64,000 nt of DNA from Nitrospinota bacterium (GTDB lineage: Bacteria; JADFOP01), in NCBI GenBank assembly GCA_022562795.1, contig JADFOP010000003.1, forward strand, positions 25,197-89,196, written 5' to 3'. Each line of letters starts with the position of its first letter. Position 1 is the stretch's first letter. Below, in pieces: positions 41,463 through 50,637 of the stretch. The translations under genes and the position numbers were made by a program. The notes beneath the pieces were generated by a model. The model was given only the letters and a program-made list of their open reading frames with translations, searched no databases and was not told the DNA's origin.

Positions 41463-42935
41463 ATGCCGCGAGCCGTGATGAATCGTCGTCGCTCCATATG
41501 CCTCCTGGCTTCTGCCCTGCTGGCGCTCGCCCTTATGCTGGGGTCCGCCTTGGGCGCGGAGCCCTCACCGCAGCCTGAGGTATCCCAGAGGCTCCTTGGC
41601 GCTGGACGGGATGCTGCCGATAGAGGGGACTATGGCGAAGCGGATTTAGCTCTGCGTGGAGCGCTGGCCTCCTGTCGGGCCGTGGGGGATGAAGGCTGTA
41701 TGTGGACGGCGCTCGCCTCGCTGGCCGCCGTGGCCCAGGCCCGTGGAAAGCTCGATGAGGCGAGGGGCTTCGCCAACGAGGCGCTGGTGGTCGCCCACCG
41801 GATGGGCGACCGGCCGGCCGAAGCCGAGAGCTACCACATCCTGGCGTCGGTGTTGGCCGAGACGGGAAATTCGGAAGAGGCCTGGGCAGCCGCGGTACGG
41901 GTCCTGGCCGTGGGCAACGAGCTTGAGCGGGCCGACTTCCAAGCAAGGGCCCTGAATGTCTTCGGTAGGTTGGAGCTGGCCGCCGGTAGAACGGATGAGG
42001 CCTGCGGGGCCTTCGAGGAGGCCTCGGTCCGAGCCAAGCTGTCGGGTATCGTCTCCCTGGGGATGAGGGCGCTGATGGGCGTCGGGCGCTGTCGCCTCGC
42101 CCGGGGCGAACTTAAAGAGGCAGACGCCGCCTTCGAGGAGGCCTTCACCGAAGCGGTCGGTTTGGGGGATGAGCTTTCGGTGGCTCGGCTCATGCAGGAG
42201 ATGGGACGGCTCGCCTCCGCTCGCGGTGAGCCCGCCCGAGCCGAGGAGCTCTTGGACGAGGCCTTGAGGAAGTTCCGCGCATTGGGGGCCCCGACCTACG
42301 CAGAGAGGGCGGCCGCCGACCTGGAGAAGCTGCGGGCCGAGGCCCGCCTTCCGACTGCGTCCGAGAAGGCCGAGAGGGCCGCCGATGCCCTACGCCGGGG
42401 CCTGGAGCGCTTCGAGGCGGGCAACTTGGAGGCGGCGGTCCGGGAGCTAAAGGAAGCCGTAACCCTCGCCCCATACGATCTGGAGGCCCATCAGGCTCTG
42501 GGGCGGGCCTACCTCGACCTCGGCCTCCAAGCGCTGGCCGATGAGGAGAGCCGATATTCCTCGGCTTTGGCGGCGAATAACTCCACCCTCGGCCTCGACT
42601 CCCCAAACCCTCTCTACCGCGATTACTTCTCTAAGCTGCACCGCCAGATCGACAGGGTCTACGTCGTCCCAGCCGAGGTATCGAGCGGAGAGCTGGCCGG
42701 CGCCGTCAAAGTGACCTTTACGCTGGAGCGGACGGGCCGACTCGCCGATGCCTCTGTAGAGAGTTCGGACGGCTCGACCCTCCTCAGCGAAGCAGCCCTT
42801 ACCACGCTGAGGCTCGCCGATCCATTCAATCCATTTCCTGACGGTATGCCCCAAGAGCGAGTCACAATCACGGCCCGGTTCGTGTACGATAAAGATTTAG
42901 CTAAGGGGCCTACTTCATCCCCGTGGAAAAAGTAA
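41463..42935 (+). CDS. secreted TPR protein fused to a TonB C-terminal domain
   Basis: Signal peptide, then TPR-like helical repeats, then a C-terminal TonB_C fold (GELAGAVKVTFTLERTGRLADASVESSDGSTLLSEAALTTLRLADPFNPFP). Confidence 0.6.
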   Translation: MPRAVMNRRRSICLLASALLALALMLGSALGAEPSPQPEVSQRLLGAGRDAADRGDYGEADLALRGALASCRAVGDEGCMWTALASLAAVAQARGKLDEARGFANEALVVAHRMGDRPAEAESYHILASVLAETGNSEEAWAAAVRVLAVGNELERADFQARALNVFGRLELAAGRTDEACGAFEEASVRAKLSGIVSLGMRALMGVGRCRLARGELKEADAAFEEAFTEAVGLGDELSVARLMQEMGRLASARGEPARAEELLDEALRKFRALGAPTYAERAAADLEKLRAEARLPTASEKAERAADALRRGLERFEAGNLEAAVRELKEAVTLAPYDLEAHQALGRAYLDLGLQALADEESRYSSALAANNSTLGLDSPNPLYRDYFSKLHRQIDRVYVVPAEVSSGELAGAVKVTFTLERTGRLADASVESSDGSTLLSEAALTTLRLADPFNPFPDGMPQERVTITARFVYDKDLAKGPTSSPWKK

Positions 42936-43072
42936 ATGCGGCGGTGGCTTTGAAGCCCTTTCGCTCCCTCCTGACTTAGTCCTAACAAGGCGCTGCCCGC
43001 TGGAAAGAAGGGTTTGAAATAGGATAGGATAAGAAAAAATATTTCTTTTTTAATATCTACATGAAAAAACAC

Positions 43073-43101
43073 TTGACAACCTTCCTCTCAGGTGTTAAAT
43101 A
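43073..43101 (+). promoter_or_regulatory. sigma-70-like promoter in AT-rich spacer
   Basis: TTGACA-N17-TAAATA, ~85 nt upstream of the TadG-like gene. Surrounding sequence is AT-rich (gataggataagaaaaaatatttcttttttaat). Confidence 0.5.
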
Positions 43102-43185
43102 TTATTATGTAAGCCAGCGACCCGGCCGGCCCCTCACACCTCATCGGGGGCTAGGAGCCACAAGTCGCATGGAGGTGATACTCAG

Positions 43186-44496
43186 ATGCAGAGGCGGGAC
43201 ACATTAGGAAATCATTCTTCGGCCCGGAGAGCGTCCTTTCTAGCGTGGCGAGGCGACGAACGGGGGGCTGTTGCCGTTCTTGTAGCGGTGCTCCTGGCTG
43301 TTCTGATCGGTTTTGCAGGCCTCGTCATCGACCTTGGCCATCTGTTCGTCGTCCACTCCACGCTTCAAAACGTCGCCGACTCGGCCTCCCTAGCCGCCGC
43401 CTCAAGCCTGAGCTACGGCCCCGATGAGGCCAGAGGCCAGGCTCAGCTCCTAGCCCATAAGCACGCTGTAGACGGCACTCCAGTCGCCCTCGCTCTGGTG
43501 GACATCGAGCTTGGCACCTGGGATAAGGAGACCAAGACTTTCACCGTCTTGGAGCCAGCCCAAGAGGCAAACGCCAACAGTGTCCGGGTCATGGCTCAGC
43601 GCTCCCAAGACCGCAACAACCCCATATTTCTCATCTTCATGCCCTTGTTCGGGCACCAGGCATCGGACGTGAGAGCGATCTCCGTGGCGTACCAGGCGGG
43701 TTCGTGTATGGGGGGCATTATCGGCGGGAGACGGATAACCCTCAACAGCTCAAGTGTCACCGATAGCTACAATTCCGACTTCGGGCCGTACAGCCCCGCT
43801 ACAGCGAATCAAAATGGGGATGTCTGCAGCTGCGGAGACATCGAGCTCAACTCGTCGGCCGGCGTAAATGGCGATGCGGGGCCTGGCGATGGTCATGAGG
43901 TTATCCTGAATAGCTCCGCCTACGTCACAGGCTCCACTACCCCCGGGGGCTGCCCGGTATTACCCGACGTCGAGCTCGGTGACATCGCCACAAACAACGA
44001 CAACGGCAACATCCCGACAATGACGGACGACGGCAATGATCCTTTTGAGGATGGGCCTTACGATCTCGCACTTAATAGAGGCGACAGTATCACTTTGCCC
44101 GGTGGCCGGTACTACTTCAACTCGGTCGTGCTTAACAGCTCCTCGACGCTAAGCGTTGCGGGTCCGACCGTCATATACGTTACCGGGGAGTTCGCTGTGA
44201 ATGGTTCGGGCATCATGAATCCAGGCCTAAATCCGCAAGACCTCGTTGTTATGATCTCCTCCACCTTGGAGGTGCAACTTAACAGCAGCGTCGATTTCTA
44301 CGGCGTCATCTACGCGCCCAACGCGCGTGTCGTCAATAACAGCGGCGTCGAATTTTATGGGTCAATAATGGCAGATGAGGTCACCTTCAACAGTTCGGTC
44401 CAGTTCCATTACGACGAAGCGCTAAGCGATCTGGCGTTCCTCGACGGCGTGGAGATCGTCTTCAATAGCACTTTGAGCTCCACTCTCGTCCGGTAG
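43186..44496 (+). CDS. TadE/TadG-like (Flp pilus assembly) N-domain protein with LNSS beta-repeats
   Basis: N-terminus RGDERGAVAVLVAVLLAVLIGFAGLVIDLG matches the Tad-like TM/prepilin-type segment. The C-terminal half has at least 8 roughly periodic [LVF]N[SN]S motifs (ITLNSSSV, IELNSSAG, VILNSSAY, VVLNSSST, VQLNSSVD, VVNNSGVE, VTFNSSVQ, IVFNSTLS). Confidence 0.55.
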   Translation: MQRRDTLGNHSSARRASFLAWRGDERGAVAVLVAVLLAVLIGFAGLVIDLGHLFVVHSTLQNVADSASLAAASSLSYGPDEARGQAQLLAHKHAVDGTPVALALVDIELGTWDKETKTFTVLEPAQEANANSVRVMAQRSQDRNNPIFLIFMPLFGHQASDVRAISVAYQAGSCMGGIIGGRRITLNSSSVTDSYNSDFGPYSPATANQNGDVCSCGDIELNSSAGVNGDAGPGDGHEVILNSSAYVTGSTTPGGCPVLPDVELGDIATNNDNGNIPTMTDDGNDPFEDGPYDLALNRGDSITLPGGRYYFNSVVLNSSSTLSVAGPTVIYVTGEFAVNGSGIMNPGLNPQDLVVMISSTLEVQLNSSVDFYGVIYAPNARVVNNSGVEFYGSIMADEVTFNSSVQFHYDEALSDLAFLDGVEIVFNSTLSSTLVR

Positions 44497-44551
44497 CTCA
44501 ATATCCCGGAGGGCTTAGGAAACGTAGGACGAAGAGGAGGCACCAAGGTTC

Positions 44552-45424
44552 ATGCCAACTAATGATTCGACAGCCAATGAGCTAACTGGAAGCCTGATCC
44601 GCATCCGATCTTCTATGGAGGGGCTCCATACAGCCGAACGGAGGGTGGCCGAGGCCGTCCTATCCAACCCCGAATCGATTCTGACGAGCTCTGTCACTGA
44701 AGTCGCAAACAGCGCCGGCGCGAGCGAGGCCACCGTTGTCCGTTTCTGCCGGTCTTTGGGCTACAAAGGCTACCAGGACTTTAAAATTTCTCTCGCCAGA
44801 GACCTTGTGTCTCCCATCAAGAGCCTCCACGAGGAGTTGGAAGAAGGCGATGAGCCGCCGGATGTGGCGGCCAAGGTCTTCCGATCCCACATCCAGGCCC
44901 TGGAGGAGACCCTCGCCGTGCTCGACCCCGCCCATTTCGCCAAAGCCGTGGAGCTCCTCGTCGGCGCTCGGCAAATCTTCTTTATCGGGGTTGGAACCTC
45001 GGCGCCCAACATCCTCGATGCACAGAACAAGTTCTTCCGGCTGGGCTATGCGACCTCTGCGCAGAGCGACAGCCACCTGCAGGCCATGCAGGCGGCGCTG
45101 CTGGAGCCGGATGACGTGGTGGTGGCCATCTCCCACTCGGGACAGACCCGCGACACCATCGAGACGGTCCAGGTCGCTAAGGCCAGAGGGGCGAGCGCCA
45201 TTGCCATCACCAACGCGGCCCTCTCGCCGCTGGCAAAGCTCTGTGACATCACCCTGGTGACCGCCTCTCGCGAAACTCGGTTCCGTATGGAGGCCCTCGC
45301 CAGCCGTATAGCTCAGACCACTATTATCAACGCCCTCTTCATGGCCTGCAGCCTGGCAGATATGGAGCGCACCTTACTGCTTCGCGAGGTCATCGAAGAG
45401 GCAGTTGTCGGCAAGCAGTACTGA
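44552..45424 (+). CDS. RpiR/MurR family transcriptional regulator (HTH + SIS domain)
   Basis: HTH_6 N-terminus SVTEVANSAGASEATVVRFCRSLGYKGYQDF. SIS domain IFFIGVGTSAPNILDAQNKF ... SHSGQTRDT. Confidence 0.8.
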   Translation: MPTNDSTANELTGSLIRIRSSMEGLHTAERRVAEAVLSNPESILTSSVTEVANSAGASEATVVRFCRSLGYKGYQDFKISLARDLVSPIKSLHEELEEGDEPPDVAAKVFRSHIQALEETLAVLDPAHFAKAVELLVGARQIFFIGVGTSAPNILDAQNKFFRLGYATSAQSDSHLQAMQAALLEPDDVVVAISHSGQTRDTIETVQVAKARGASAIAITNAALSPLAKLCDITLVTASRETRFRMEALASRIAQTTIINALFMACSLADMERTLLLREVIEEAVVGKQY

Positions 45425-45500
45425 GGAGGGAACGGGAGAAGAGGGTGGACGATAGAGCGACGCTCGCTCTTTCACTAGCCCCAGATTGGGAGTTCAACCG

Positions 45501-46160
45501 ATGATGATCGAACAGACCACGAATGGCATAGACCTTCGCACCTTTATCGTTCTGGATAACCTGCAGTACCAGCTCGCCTCCTTTATTGGCACGACCGCCC
45601 GTGGGTTTTTGCCCATCGGGGGGATGGCGAGCCTATTCGTCGAGATCGCCCCAGGGATCGCCATCAACCGGCTGACCGACGTGGCCCTCAAGGCCACCAA
45701 CGTCAAGCCCGCCATGCAGATCGTGGAGCGTGCCTACGGGCTTCTGGAGGTTCACTCCGAAAGCCAGGCCGACGTACGCCAGGCGGGCCAGGCCATCCTC
45801 GATGACTTGGGCCTCCAGGAAAGAAACCGCCGCAAGCCCCGCACCGTCTCGACCCAGATCATCCGCAACGTAGACGACTATCAGGCCCAACTCATCAACC
45901 GGGAGCGCCACGGTCAGATGCTCATACCTGGCCAGACCCTTTACATCCTGGAGGTGGAGCCAGCGGGCTACGCTGCGCTGGCCGCCAACGAGGCTGAGAA
46001 GGCAAGCAACGTCAACCTGGTAGACGTGAGGCCCTTCGGGGCCTTTGGGCGACTCTACCTGGGCGGTGAGGAGCGCGACGTTGTGGTCGGCAGCGAGGCG
46101 GCCCTTCGGTCCCTGGAGATGGTGGATGGCCGCGAGGTCGCCGAGGGGACTGAGAGATGA
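45501..46160 (+). CDS. divergent tandem-BMC-domain shell protein (BMC-T-like)
   Basis: Two successive segments fit the BMC-domain pattern ([27 protein letters not shown]...[11 protein letters not shown] and [27 protein letters not shown]...[14 protein letters not shown]). GGGAG RBS before ATG 45501. Confidence 0.5.
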   Translation: MMIEQTTNGIDLRTFIVLDNLQYQLASFIGTTARGFLPIGGMASLFVEIAPGIAINRLTDVALKATNVKPAMQIVERAYGLLEVHSESQADVRQAGQAILDDLGLQERNRRKPRTVSTQIIRNVDDYQAQLINRERHGQMLIPGQTLYILEVEPAGYAALAANEAEKASNVNLVDVRPFGAFGRLYLGGEERDVVVGSEAALRSLEMVDGREVAEGTER

Positions 46161-46240
46161 GCCGAAGAAGAAAAGGAAAAAATGGATCGCCGGCCAAGCG
46201 AACCCGCGATTTCAATAAAGGAGGGGGAGGAGGTGAGGTC

Positions 46241-47413
46241 ATGAACGAACTCGAGCAGACCGAAATCCTGGAACGCTCTCGGACTATGACACCCGATTTG
46301 GCATCCGTGTCATCCAGAGTAGCATCCCCATCGGAGTCGTATCAATTACCCATCGGCTCGACCATGACCGCGAAGGATTTGCTCATGGAGCCTGAAATTG
46401 GCGGCACCACAAAGCGGGGCGGGCGGAACGGAGCAAGCGTACGCGAAGATTGGATCGCCCTGGAGCAGGTCGTGGTGACCAGCCCCAAGATGAAGCAGGT
46501 ATTCAAGCTTGCCAGAACCCTCGGCCGTGCCGACCGGGCGACGGTGCTTATTACCGGCGAGACGGGCACTGGCAAAGAGGTGATAGCCAGGACCATTCAT
46601 CTTATGAGCCCCCGGCTCGACCAGCCCATGGTAGTGGTCAACTGCGGGGCCATCCCGAAGGAACTCATGGAGGCCGAGCTACTGGGCTACGCGAAGGGGG
46701 CCTTCACGGGGGCGGCCACGGGCGGCAACAAGGGCAAGGTGGAGTTGGCGCATAAGGGCACCCTCCTTTTAGATGAGATTGCCGAGCTGCCTCATGGAGC
46801 CCAGACTATCTTGTTGCGTATTCTGGACGGCCAGCCCTTCTACCCGGTGGGTTCCAACCGGGAGGTTAGAGCCGACGTACGGGTCATTGCCGCTACGAAC
46901 CGAGACCTTGAAGCCGCCGTGTCCGAAGGCTCCTTCCGCGAGGACCTTTTCTACCGGCTGAACGTGGCCCATATGCATCTGCCGCCGCTTAGGGAGCGGG
47001 CCGATGATATTTTGCCCCTGGCCAAAAGCTTCCTGAACGAGTTCAACCAGCTATACGGCAAGGCATTTCGGGAGATCACCCAGCAGGGGGCTGCTCGTCT
47101 GCTTTCATACCCCTGGAAGGGGAACGTCCGGGAGATAAAAAACGCCATCGAGCGGGTTGTGGTTTACGAAGATGACACAAAGGTAAGGGCCGAGCACTTA
47201 ACTTTTCTGGAACCCGGCCCGGCAGAAACGACCAACGGGGCCTCGGCATTCACTCTGCCGCGCGAGGGCGTTGATATTGAGAGCGTCTTCAGAAGCCTCA
47301 TCGTTCAGGCCCTCGATAGAACCGAAGACAATCAGTCAGAGGCCGCCCGCTTGCTGGGCATCTCGCTGCCCACGCTCCGATACCGAATGGCGAAATACGG
47401 TCTGAAAAACTAA
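46241..47413 (+). CDS. sigma-54-dependent transcriptional activator (enhancer-binding protein)
   Basis: AAA+ sigma-54 interaction domain (GETGTGKEV Walker A, GAFTGA sigma-54 contact motif, ESELFGH-like EAELLGYAKGAF, DVRVIAATNRDL). C-terminal Fis-type HTH (SEAARLLGISLPTLRYRM). Strong AAAGGAGGGGGAGGAGG RBS. No obvious N-terminal receiver domain. Confidence 0.85.
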   Translation: MNELEQTEILERSRTMTPDLASVSSRVASPSESYQLPIGSTMTAKDLLMEPEIGGTTKRGGRNGASVREDWIALEQVVVTSPKMKQVFKLARTLGRADRATVLITGETGTGKEVIARTIHLMSPRLDQPMVVVNCGAIPKELMEAELLGYAKGAFTGAATGGNKGKVELAHKGTLLLDEIAELPHGAQTILLRILDGQPFYPVGSNREVRADVRVIAATNRDLEAAVSEGSFREDLFYRLNVAHMHLPPLRERADDILPLAKSFLNEFNQLYGKAFREITQQGAARLLSYPWKGNVREIKNAIERVVVYEDDTKVRAEHLTFLEPGPAETTNGASAFTLPREGVDIESVFRSLIVQALDRTEDNQSEAARLLGISLPTLRYRMAKYGLKN

Positions 47414-47538
47414 GAGGGAGCAAGGGGTATGACGTGGTGCTCGGCAGTGGGGTGGCCTGAATATAAACCGATGGGTAGCAAGGAACGCCGGCCAATCTCG
47501 CCGGCAATTTCAAGGACCAATAGAGAGGAGGTAAAACC

Positions 47539-47844
<306 letters not shown>

Positions 47845-47852
47845 GGCAGCCC

Positions 47853-48152
47853 ATGCTTATCGGCCGCATTGTAGGCACGGTCGTGGCCACCCAGAAGGAG
47901 CCGCGACTTGAAGGCCTCAAGTTACAAGTGGTCAAGCGGGTGGAAATCGAAGGCAGCCTCTCGGAGACCTTCGTGGTGGCGGTCGACGCCGTGGGGGCAG
48001 GTCAAGGTGAAACAGTCCTCTACGCAACCGGCAGCGCCGCCCGCCAGACCCCCCTGACTGATGGACGACCCGTCGATGCGGTGGTCATGGCCATCGTCGA
48101 TACCTGGGACGTGGACGGACGGGTCGTCTATGACAAGCAGAAGGAAGGGTAA
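47853..48152 (+). CDS. BMC-P vertex (pentamer) protein, EutN/CcmL/PduN family
   Basis: MLIGRIVGTVVATQKEP...GSAARQ...DAVVMAIVD pattern of EutN/CcmL. Confidence 0.85.
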   Translation: MLIGRIVGTVVATQKEPRLEGLKLQVVKRVEIEGSLSETFVVAVDAVGAGQGETVLYATGSAARQTPLTDGRPVDAVVMAIVDTWDVDGRVVYDKQKEG

Positions 48153-48163
48153 GGGAGATAGCC

Positions 48164-49594
48164 ATGCAGATGTCAGAGGCTCAGGTGGCCTCCATTGTTG
48201 AGAAGGTGCTTCAGAGGATGGAGAGCCCCCCTAGGGCCGAGCCCGCTCCTGCCTCGGCCGGAACGGAAGGCCCCGGAATTTTCGCCACCCTCGACGAGGC
48301 AGTCTCGGCTGCTGAGAAGTCCCAGCGGGACCTCGTGGCTCTCGGCCTCGCGGTTCGGGTAGCCATGGTGGAGTCGATCCGCCTGGTCTGCCTCGAGCAC
48401 CTCGAGAGCCTCGCCCGGATGGCCGTTGAGGAGACGGGATTCGGCCGCCTCGAGGACAAGGTAGTCAAGAACCGCCTTGTGACCGAGCTCACACCGGGGC
48501 CCGAGTTCTTAACAACTGAGGCGTTTAGCGACGACTCCGGCCTCACGATTCAGGAGCGGGCCCCATACGGGGTATTGAGCGCTATCACCCCTTCGACGAA
48601 CCCCTCTTCCACCATCATAAACAACGCAATCGCCATGGTATCGGCCGGCAACGCGGTCGTCTTCAACCCCCATCCGGGGGCGGTGGGCGTCTCGCTGCGA
48701 ACCATTGCGCTGATGAACGAGGCTGCCGTCTCGGCCGGAGGTCCCCCGACCTGCTTTACTTCCCCGGCAGAGCCATCGGTCGAGACGGCCCAGTCTCTCA
48801 TGCGCCACCCCAAGGTGGCCCTCAACGTGGTAACCGGCGGGCAGGCCGTCGTAGAGGAAGCCCGCCGGGCCGGAAAGCGGGTCATCGGCGCCGGGCCCGG
48901 CAACCCCCCCATCGTGGTGGACGAGACGGCGGAGATCGACCGGGCCGCCCGCGACATCGTGGCCGGGGCGAGCTTTGACAATAACGTCGTCTGCACAGAC
49001 GAGAAGGAACTCTTTGTCGTGGCCTCCGTGGCCGATGAGCTCAAGGACCGGATGAAGGCCCACGGAGCGTACGAGCTCAGCCCTCACCAGACCGAGCGGC
49101 TCTCTAGGCTCGTGATCGAGCGGGAGGCCCCGACGCGGCAGTCCTCGGCCATTAACCGGGCCTTGGTGGGCAAGGACGCCCAGGTGATCCTGAGCGAGAT
49201 CGGCGTGGATGCGCCCGAGACGGTGCGGCTTATTCTCTGCGAAACCGACCGGGACCACCCCTTCGTCTGGACTGAGCTCCTCATGCCCATCCTGCCCCTT
49301 GTGCGGGTGGAAGATGTGGAGGAGGCCATCGGCCTGGCCGTCCAGGCCGAACACGGCTTTGGCCACACGGCAGTGATTCACTCGACCAACGTGGGCGCCA
49401 TGGACAAGATGGCCAGGGATATCAAGACCGCCCTCTTCGTCAAGAACGGCCCGAGCTATGCCGGCCTAGGTGGGGGCGGGGCGGGATACACGAGCTTTAC
49501 CATCGCCACACAGACCGGCGAAGGGCTCACCACCCCCTACACCTTCACCCGCGAGCGTCGATGCACGCTTGTGGGTTCGTTTCGAATCGTATGA
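48164..49594 (+). CDS. CoA-acylating aldehyde dehydrogenase (PduP/EutE-like) with N-terminal encapsulation-peptide-like helix
   Basis: ALDH fold with a catalytic Cys region (FDNNVVCTDEKE). N-terminal amphipathic helix SEAQVASIVEKVLQRM, followed by a Pro/Ala linker PPRAEPAPASAGTEGPG, as in BMC-targeted AldDHs. Confidence 0.85.
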   Translation: MQMSEAQVASIVEKVLQRMESPPRAEPAPASAGTEGPGIFATLDEAVSAAEKSQRDLVALGLAVRVAMVESIRLVCLEHLESLARMAVEETGFGRLEDKVVKNRLVTELTPGPEFLTTEAFSDDSGLTIQERAPYGVLSAITPSTNPSSTIINNAIAMVSAGNAVVFNPHPGAVGVSLRTIALMNEAAVSAGGPPTCFTSPAEPSVETAQSLMRHPKVALNVVTGGQAVVEEARRAGKRVIGAGPGNPPIVVDETAEIDRAARDIVAGASFDNNVVCTDEKELFVVASVADELKDRMKAHGAYELSPHQTERLSRLVIEREAPTRQSSAINRALVGKDAQVILSEIGVDAPETVRLILCETDRDHPFVWTELLMPILPLVRVEDVEEAIGLAVQAEHGFGHTAVIHSTNVGAMDKMARDIKTALFVKNGPSYAGLGGGGAGYTSFTIATQTGEGLTTPYTFTRERRCTLVGSFRIV

Positions 49595-50253
49595 CGCCCG
49601 CGCGCCCGACACCTCGACCCATCTACCCAGGCCAGGACTTCCGTCCTGTCCTGACGCGCCTGCCTGAGCCCTACCTGGTGGAGGAGTGGGCCGTGGCGGC
49701 CGTGGAGCTCAACCGGATCGCCCCTGGATTCACCGCGTGTGACGCCATGCTGAAGGCCGCTCCGGTAACGCTCATAGAGGCCGCGCCCCTCTGCCCGGGC
49801 AAGTACCTGATCATTGTCGGCGGCGAGGTGGCGAGCGTGGAGAGCGCGTACGAGGCGGGCCTCGCCGTTGGCGGGACGGCCGTCATCGATCGGCTCCTGC
49901 TCGCCAAGGCCGATCGGCAGGTCTTTCCGGCCCTCGTGGGCGAGTCCAAACGGTCGGTGACCTTCACCGAGGGCGACAGCTTGGGGGTCATTGAGACCTG
50001 CTCGGCCGCCTCGGCCATCCTCGCCGCCGACGCCGCCTGCAAGGCCGCCGGAGTGCGTCTCTACGAATGCCACATCGCCCAGGGCCTCGGCGGAAAGGGC
50101 TATCTTTACTTCTTCGGAGAGCTCAGTGCCGTGGAGGCGAGCGTGGAAGCAGGAGGGGCCATCGTATCACCGGATGGACTCCTCGTCGGCACCGAGGTCA
50201 TACCCGACCCGGATGCAATTCTCGTTGAGCGTCTTATGAGAGAGGTTCCCTAA
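49591..50253 (+). CDS. tandem-BMC-domain shell protein (BMC-T, PduT-like)
   Basis: Two BMC domains (AAVELNRIAPGFTACDAMLKAAPVTLIEAAP... and LGVIETCSAASAILAADAACKAAGVRLYECHIAQGLGGKGYLYFFGELSAVEASVEAG). ATGA overlap with the AldDH stop. Confidence 0.7.
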   Translation: MTPARPTPRPIYPGQDFRPVLTRLPEPYLVEEWAVAAVELNRIAPGFTACDAMLKAAPVTLIEAAPLCPGKYLIIVGGEVASVESAYEAGLAVGGTAVIDRLLLAKADRQVFPALVGESKRSVTFTEGDSLGVIETCSAASAILAADAACKAAGVRLYECHIAQGLGGKGYLYFFGELSAVEASVEAGGAIVSPDGLLVGTEVIPDPDAILVERLMREVP

Positions 50254-50256
50254 GCG

Positions 50257-50613
50257 ATGTTCCTCGCTGATGTTCTCGGCAGAGTCGTGGCCACCCGCCG
50301 ATACGATAAAACTATAGGCTACCGGCTACTTTGGGTTCAGCCTTTGGACCACCACGGGGAGGCGGCAGGCCAGCCCGAGGTGGCACTCGACACCGTCTTG
50401 AGCGGAAGCGGCGACCGGGTCATCTGCGTAATCGGTCGGGAGGCCTCCATGGCCATGGACCTCCCCGGCCGGTTCAGCCCCGTGGACCTGGCTATTGTTG
50501 GTATCGTCGACCGGGTAGACGTGGATAATGGTGAGCCGGACAACGGGAATGCCAACGGTAATTCCAATGGACATGCCAACGGTAATTCCAATGGGAATGC
50601 CAATGGGCATTAA
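50257..50613 (+). CDS. BMC-P vertex protein with Asn/Gly-rich C-terminal repeat tail
   Basis: MFLADVLGRVVATRR ... DRVICVIGREAS ... DLAIVGIVDRV EutN/CcmL pattern, plus a C-terminal NGNANGNSNGHANGNSNGNANGH tail. Confidence 0.8.
   Translation: MFLADVLGRVVATRRYDKTIGYRLLWVQPLDHHGEAAGQPEVALDTVLSGSGDRVICVIGREASMAMDLPGRFSPVDLAIVGIVDRVDVDNGEPDNGNANGNSNGHANGNSNGNANGH
50545..50610 (+). repeat. short coding tandem repeat (aatgg[ga][ac]atgccaacggtaattcc) encoding N-G-N/H-A-N-G-N-S
   Basis: Direct reading: ggaatgccaacggtaattccaatggacatgccaacggtaattccaatgggaatgccaatgggcat. Confidence 0.6.
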
Positions 50614-50637
50614 TCGAGGAAGAGGGTTCTCAAGCTG

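Noticed and set aside
47414-47538. Expected sigma-54 promoter upstream of the BMC shell operon
   Set aside because: Manual scan found no GG-N10-GC element with a TGGCAC/TTGC flavour. Only a strong RBS is present.
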